Positions 61,562-64,000 of a DNA stretch of 64,000 nucleotides are shown one piece after another. How positions within the stretch are numbered: position 1 is the first letter of the stretch; each line of letters starts with the position of its first letter. A program made the position numbers and the translations under genes. Under the pieces are notes generated by a model, which did no database searches, was not told the DNA's origin, and was given only the letters and a program-made list of their open reading frames with translations. This DNA comes from a virus: the IMG/VR virus record IMGVR_UViG_3300049844_000277, positions 36,520-100,519 of that record; one strand, written 5' to 3'.

Positions 61562-62122
61562 ATGCGCGTCGCCATCTATGATAAAAATCCAGGGTATGGT
61601 CTGTGGCAACACTTCCTCGCCTTAACCTGGCGCATCGGCTGCTGCATCCACTGGGTGTTCGGTAAGCTTGATGCGTATTACGGCGCATCATCGTGGGATG
61701 ATGCTTTTAAGTGGCTTGAGTCGAGGCCGGGGATGCTCACATCAGTTCAGTATTGGGGGCACGGAAGTCCCGGCACGGCGTGGCTTGCCGGGAAGCCGAT
61801 CGACGTCACCCAATTTAAACGTATCCAACATAAAGTAGTTCCGGCTACCGTCCTTTGGTTTCGTACGTGTTCGACGTTTCAAGGCGAGAGCGGACACACG
61901 GTATCGAAGTACCTGACTAACCTGCTAGGCTGTACCGTAGCCGCGCATACTCGAATCATCGGCGTATTTCAGGGCGGCTTACACACTCGACGTCCCGGCG
62001 AAGAACCAAGTTGGCCTGTGACGGAAGGCGAATTCCCGAATTCCAAATTGGCGCAGCTAGGACTTAAGTGGGGCAACAACACTGTCCTGTGCTTGGCGGC
62101 GAGAATTCCTAAGGGTTGGTAA
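61562..62122 (+). CDS. Hypothetical protein (186 aa)
   Basis: Isolated plus-strand ORF containing SVQYWGHGSPGTAWL. No family assigned. Confidence 0.45.
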   Translation: MRVAIYDKNPGYGLWQHFLALTWRIGCCIHWVFGKLDAYYGASSWDDAFKWLESRPGMLTSVQYWGHGSPGTAWLAGKPIDVTQFKRIQHKVVPATVLWFRTCSTFQGESGHTVSKYLTNLLGCTVAAHTRIIGVFQGGLHTRRPGEEPSWPVTEGEFPNSKLAQLGLKWGNNTVLCLAARIPKGW

Positions 62123-62183
62123 TAGTCTCGACTTCACTAAACCGTCTGCTTCACCAGCGCGGTAGACCTTGGGGTTTAGTGAA

Positions 62184-62256
62184 CTCCCCGAGTAGGACTC
62201 GAACCTACGACCTAGCGATTAACAGTCGCTCGCTCCACCAGCTGAGCTATCGGGGA
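62184..62256 (-). tRNA. tRNA-Asn (anticodon GTT)
   Basis: The reverse complement folds as TCCCCGA-TA-GCTC-AGCTGGTG-GAGC-G-AGCGA-CTGTTAA-TCGCT-AGGTC-GTAGG-TTCGAGT-CCTAC-TCGGGGA-G. The 7/4/5/5-bp stems are perfect, the T-loop is TTCGAGT, and CCA is not encoded. Confidence 0.9.
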
Positions 62257-62261
62257 AGATG

Positions 62262-62459
62262 TTACTCTTTTTCTTTTTTAGCTTTTTCGCGGGAGATAAT
62301 CAGATTCGACGACATCGGAGTTAGTCCGTGTTTGGCGGCGAGCTTCTCTCTTACGTCTTTTGCCGCATCCATGAAACTCTTGAGAAGCTTGTTCTGCGTG
62401 AATCCATTCTTCTTTTGCAGGAATGTGATTTCCCAAGTGAACTTGACGATATCACTCAT
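62262..62459 (-). CDS. Hypothetical small protein
   Basis: ORF of 65 aa between the tRNA and the membrane-protein pair. Confidence 0.35.
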   Translation of the reverse strand: MSDIVKFTWEITFLQKKNGFTQNKLLKSFMDAAKDVREKLAAKHGLTPMSSNLIISREKAKKEKE

Positions 62460-62466
62460 TTAGAGA

Positions 62467-62910
62467 TTACCGAGTAACGTAGACACCTAATACCACGCCC
62501 GCTATTACTCCGACGGCGAGGCCGACCCCGCCCGCGATGGCCCACGCTGGAAAAGGTCCGGGGCGTGCCTCTGCAGCGGTAGCGCGCGTCGTCTCAAGTG
62601 TGAGCAGGAAGTTCAGCCTCTCGTTATTTGATTGCAGAGTACTACACGCAGTCTTCTCGGCGTTCAGCGCTTCCTTAAGCTTGCTTACCGCTTTTTCGTG
62701 TTCTACTTTGATTTCGGCGTGCTTATTCTCCAGTTTAGTCAGCCTGTCTATTTCCAAATCCAGCGCAATCAACTTCCAAGCATCGTTGAACTCATAGCAC
62801 GCCTTATCGCCGCACATCTTCCACTTGGGGATGTACTTCAACTCGTTAGCATGCGCGGGTACAGAGAGACAGACGATGATAGTGATAGCGCCGAAGGGTC
62901 TACGGTTCAC
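62467..62910 (-). CDS. Secreted/lipoprotein-like coiled-coil protein with C-terminal TM helix (unimolecular-spanin-like topology)
   Basis: N-terminal signal reads MNRRPFGAITIIVCLSVPAHA. The central part is helical. The C-terminal TM reads FPAWAIAGGVGLAVGVIAGVVLGVYV. Confidence 0.35.
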   Translation of the reverse strand: MNRRPFGAITIIVCLSVPAHANELKYIPKWKMCGDKACYEFNDAWKLIALDLEIDRLTKLENKHAEIKVEHEKAVSKLKEALNAEKTACSTLQSNNERLNFLLTLETTRATAAEARPGPFPAWAIAGGVGLAVGVIAGVVLGVYVTR

Positions 62911-63305
62911 AGCTTAACTCCCGCAAGCTTGTTGAGCGCCGTCCAGTCTTTATTTGCTACGGCTTGTAAGAGCTTCATCTGAGTTCGATGTTCTTCTTCG
63001 ATGAGATTGAGCTCTTCCTCTTTTCGCCGGACGGCTTTCAGAGATTCCTCGGCTACAACCTCGGCGACCATCCTTCGCTGCAGATTCGTCTCGACTTTCG
63101 CAGCAACGGCGGCCTGTTCAGCATCGAGCTTCCATCGATTGATTTCGTCTCGACGGATAGCCAATTCAGCGGCCCGCTTCTTAAGCAAACGATGAATCTG
63201 CACAACCATGACGGCAAGAAGTATTCCGCCTAGCAGTTTCCACCACCAGCTAGGCGGGTTCTTCACCTTCTTGGCGAGCTCGAGGATGCGGGATTTGATG
63301 GTCAC
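62907..63305 (-). CDS. Type-II membrane coiled-coil protein (i-spanin- or holin-like topology)
   Basis: TM reads WWWKLLGGILLAVMVVQI, followed by a long charged helix. 4-nt overlap with the downstream gene. Confidence 0.35.
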   Translation of the reverse strand: MTIKSRILELAKKVKNPPSWWWKLLGGILLAVMVVQIHRLLKKRAAELAIRRDEINRWKLDAEQAAVAAKVETNLQRRMVAEVVAEESLKAVRRKEEELNLIEEEHRTQMKLLQAVANKDWTALNKLAGVKL

Positions 63306-63323
63306 GGTTTGTTTACGTAGCTG

Positions 63324-63614
63324 TTAGGCGTCTACTGTCTCTGTTGTATCTTCTTTGGCTTCGTCGTTGGTTTCAGATTCGTCGTCGGCTTTTTCTTTAA
63401 TTTTTGGCAATACGTCGACTGTGAACGTTAGTGTCATAGGGATCGGCGTACTGTTGTTCGCATACTCGTCTACAAGCGTAGCGAGGAATACGAGCTTTAA
63501 TCTGCGTGTAGCATCCTCGGATGTGCTTCCCAAAGCCCACGCCCAGTTCAGTCCTGGGACGAAGGCTTTGTGTGTACCATCGAGCTGCTCTTCGATTCCG
63601 ATGCGGATTAGCAT
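63324..63614 (-). CDS. HicB/UPF0150-like fold protein with acidic tail
   Basis: IRIGIEEQLDGTHKAFVPGLNWAWALGSTSEDATRRLKLVFLATLVDEY...TPIP follows the HicB N-domain pattern. Confidence 0.35.
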   Translation of the reverse strand: MLIRIGIEEQLDGTHKAFVPGLNWAWALGSTSEDATRRLKLVFLATLVDEYANNSTPIPMTLTFTVDVLPKIKEKADDESETNDEAKEDTTETVDA

Positions 63615-63623
63615 TTAATAGGC

Positions 63624-64000
63624 TCAAGGAGGACTGATTGTGATCGTTCTCACTGTTCCACCGATTTTTATTTTGAGCGCGGAGCCGGTGACCCAGATGT
63701 CTCCGTCTTGTGGACTTCCTGGATCTCCTGTACGTGGTGCTATGCGTATAGTACCTCGGTTTGAGTTTATCGCAGAGAATATCGCCGCTAAGCCTGTATT
63801 TGCAATATTTTGACCATAGAAGCAGGTATGTGTACCGTTGTTACTCGTATTCGAATCAATGGAGGAGTAATAGCCTATATGCGCTGATGAGCCATTACTA
63901 GGATAGCTATAGGTGGAGAAAGCGTATCCGTCAGAACAAGATCCGATTACCGCGGCCGTCTCCGGGGAGTTTACAGTTGATGACGCGTAAATCCCGCTCG
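63624..64000 (-). CDS. Tail-fibre-like protein, C-terminal end (5' part outside the window)
   Basis: Absent from the ORF track. My translation of the minus strand gives ...SSIDSNTSNNGTHTCFYGQNIANTGLAAIFSAINSNRGTIRIAPRTGDPGSPQDGDIWVTGSALKIKIGGTVRTITISPP*. The P..GDIW...LK.. ending is common in phage fibre C-termini. Confidence 0.4.
   Translation of the reverse strand, partial: SGIYASSTVNSPETAAVIGSCSDGYAFSTYSYPSNGSSAHIGYYSSIDSNTSNNGTHTCFYGQNIANTGLAAIFSAINSNRGTIRIAPRTGDPGSPQDGDIWVTGSALKIKIGGTVRTITISPP

Noticed and set aside
62184-62256. The tRNA as a marker of an integration (attP) site or prophage boundary.
   Set aside because: The tRNA is complete rather than a 3' fragment. No integrase or excisionase is visible in the window, and the flanking genes on both sides are phage-like.
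62116-62463. A 115-aa plus-strand ORF.
   Set aside because: It runs antisense straight through the tRNA-Asn gene and the 65-aa minus-strand ORF, and its translation is low-quality.
63640-63813. A plus-strand ORF starting GTG 7 nt after a perfect AAGGAGG (63627-63633).
   Set aside because: The opposite strand across the same bases encodes a fibre-like C-terminus with a recognisable GDIW...LKIKIGG ending and continues open to the window edge. The SD-like string is the complement of the Ser-Pro-Pro-stop codons.

Overview
The window reads as a gene-dense, mosaic segment of a tailed dsDNA bacteriophage genome. I saw no integrase or repressor, no rRNA and no CRISPR array; there is one tRNA. Layout: (1) 1-25.4 kb, minus strand: a block that starts with a portal-like gene, ends with a prohead-protease-like gene running off the left edge, and contains a bacterial-type multisubunit RNA polymerase. 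That polymerase is beta fused to the N-half of beta' (2836 codons), with the beta' C-half as a separate gene. (2) 25.4-38.3 kb, mostly plus strand: replication and recombination genes (SNF2 helicase, two Cas4-like nucleases, HNH, ParB-like, a sigma-70-family factor on the opposite strand, family-A DNA polymerase with N-terminal UDG-like domain, DEDDh exonuclease). (3) 38.3-46.7 kb: structured intergenic repeats, large terminase, an Endonuclease-VII-type homing endonuclease, and an AAA ATPase plus VWA/HExxH pair. (4) 46.7-49.8 kb: a translationally coupled three-gene operon centred on a retron-like reverse transcriptase. (5) 49.8-55.7 kb: fibre-like genes, MazG-like protein, PrimPol, VirE/D5-like helicase. 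(6) 55.7-56.65 kb: about 0.9 kb of non-coding DNA with an iteron array and a C-rich repeat island. (7) 56.6-64 kb: RuvC-like resolvase, small accessory genes (two BRO-N proteins), tRNA-Asn, a possible spanin-like pair, and the 3' end of a tail-fibre-like gene. Five inteins interrupt essential genes: three in the RNAP fusion (one inside the catalytic NADFDGD-type motif), one in the portal-like gene, and a mini-intein in DNA polymerase. The best candidates for something undescribed are the phage-borne fused, split and intein-laden RNAP with its own sigma factor, and the orphan RT operon. All calls come from reading the sequence and ORF translations. No database search was run, so family assignments are motif-level only.
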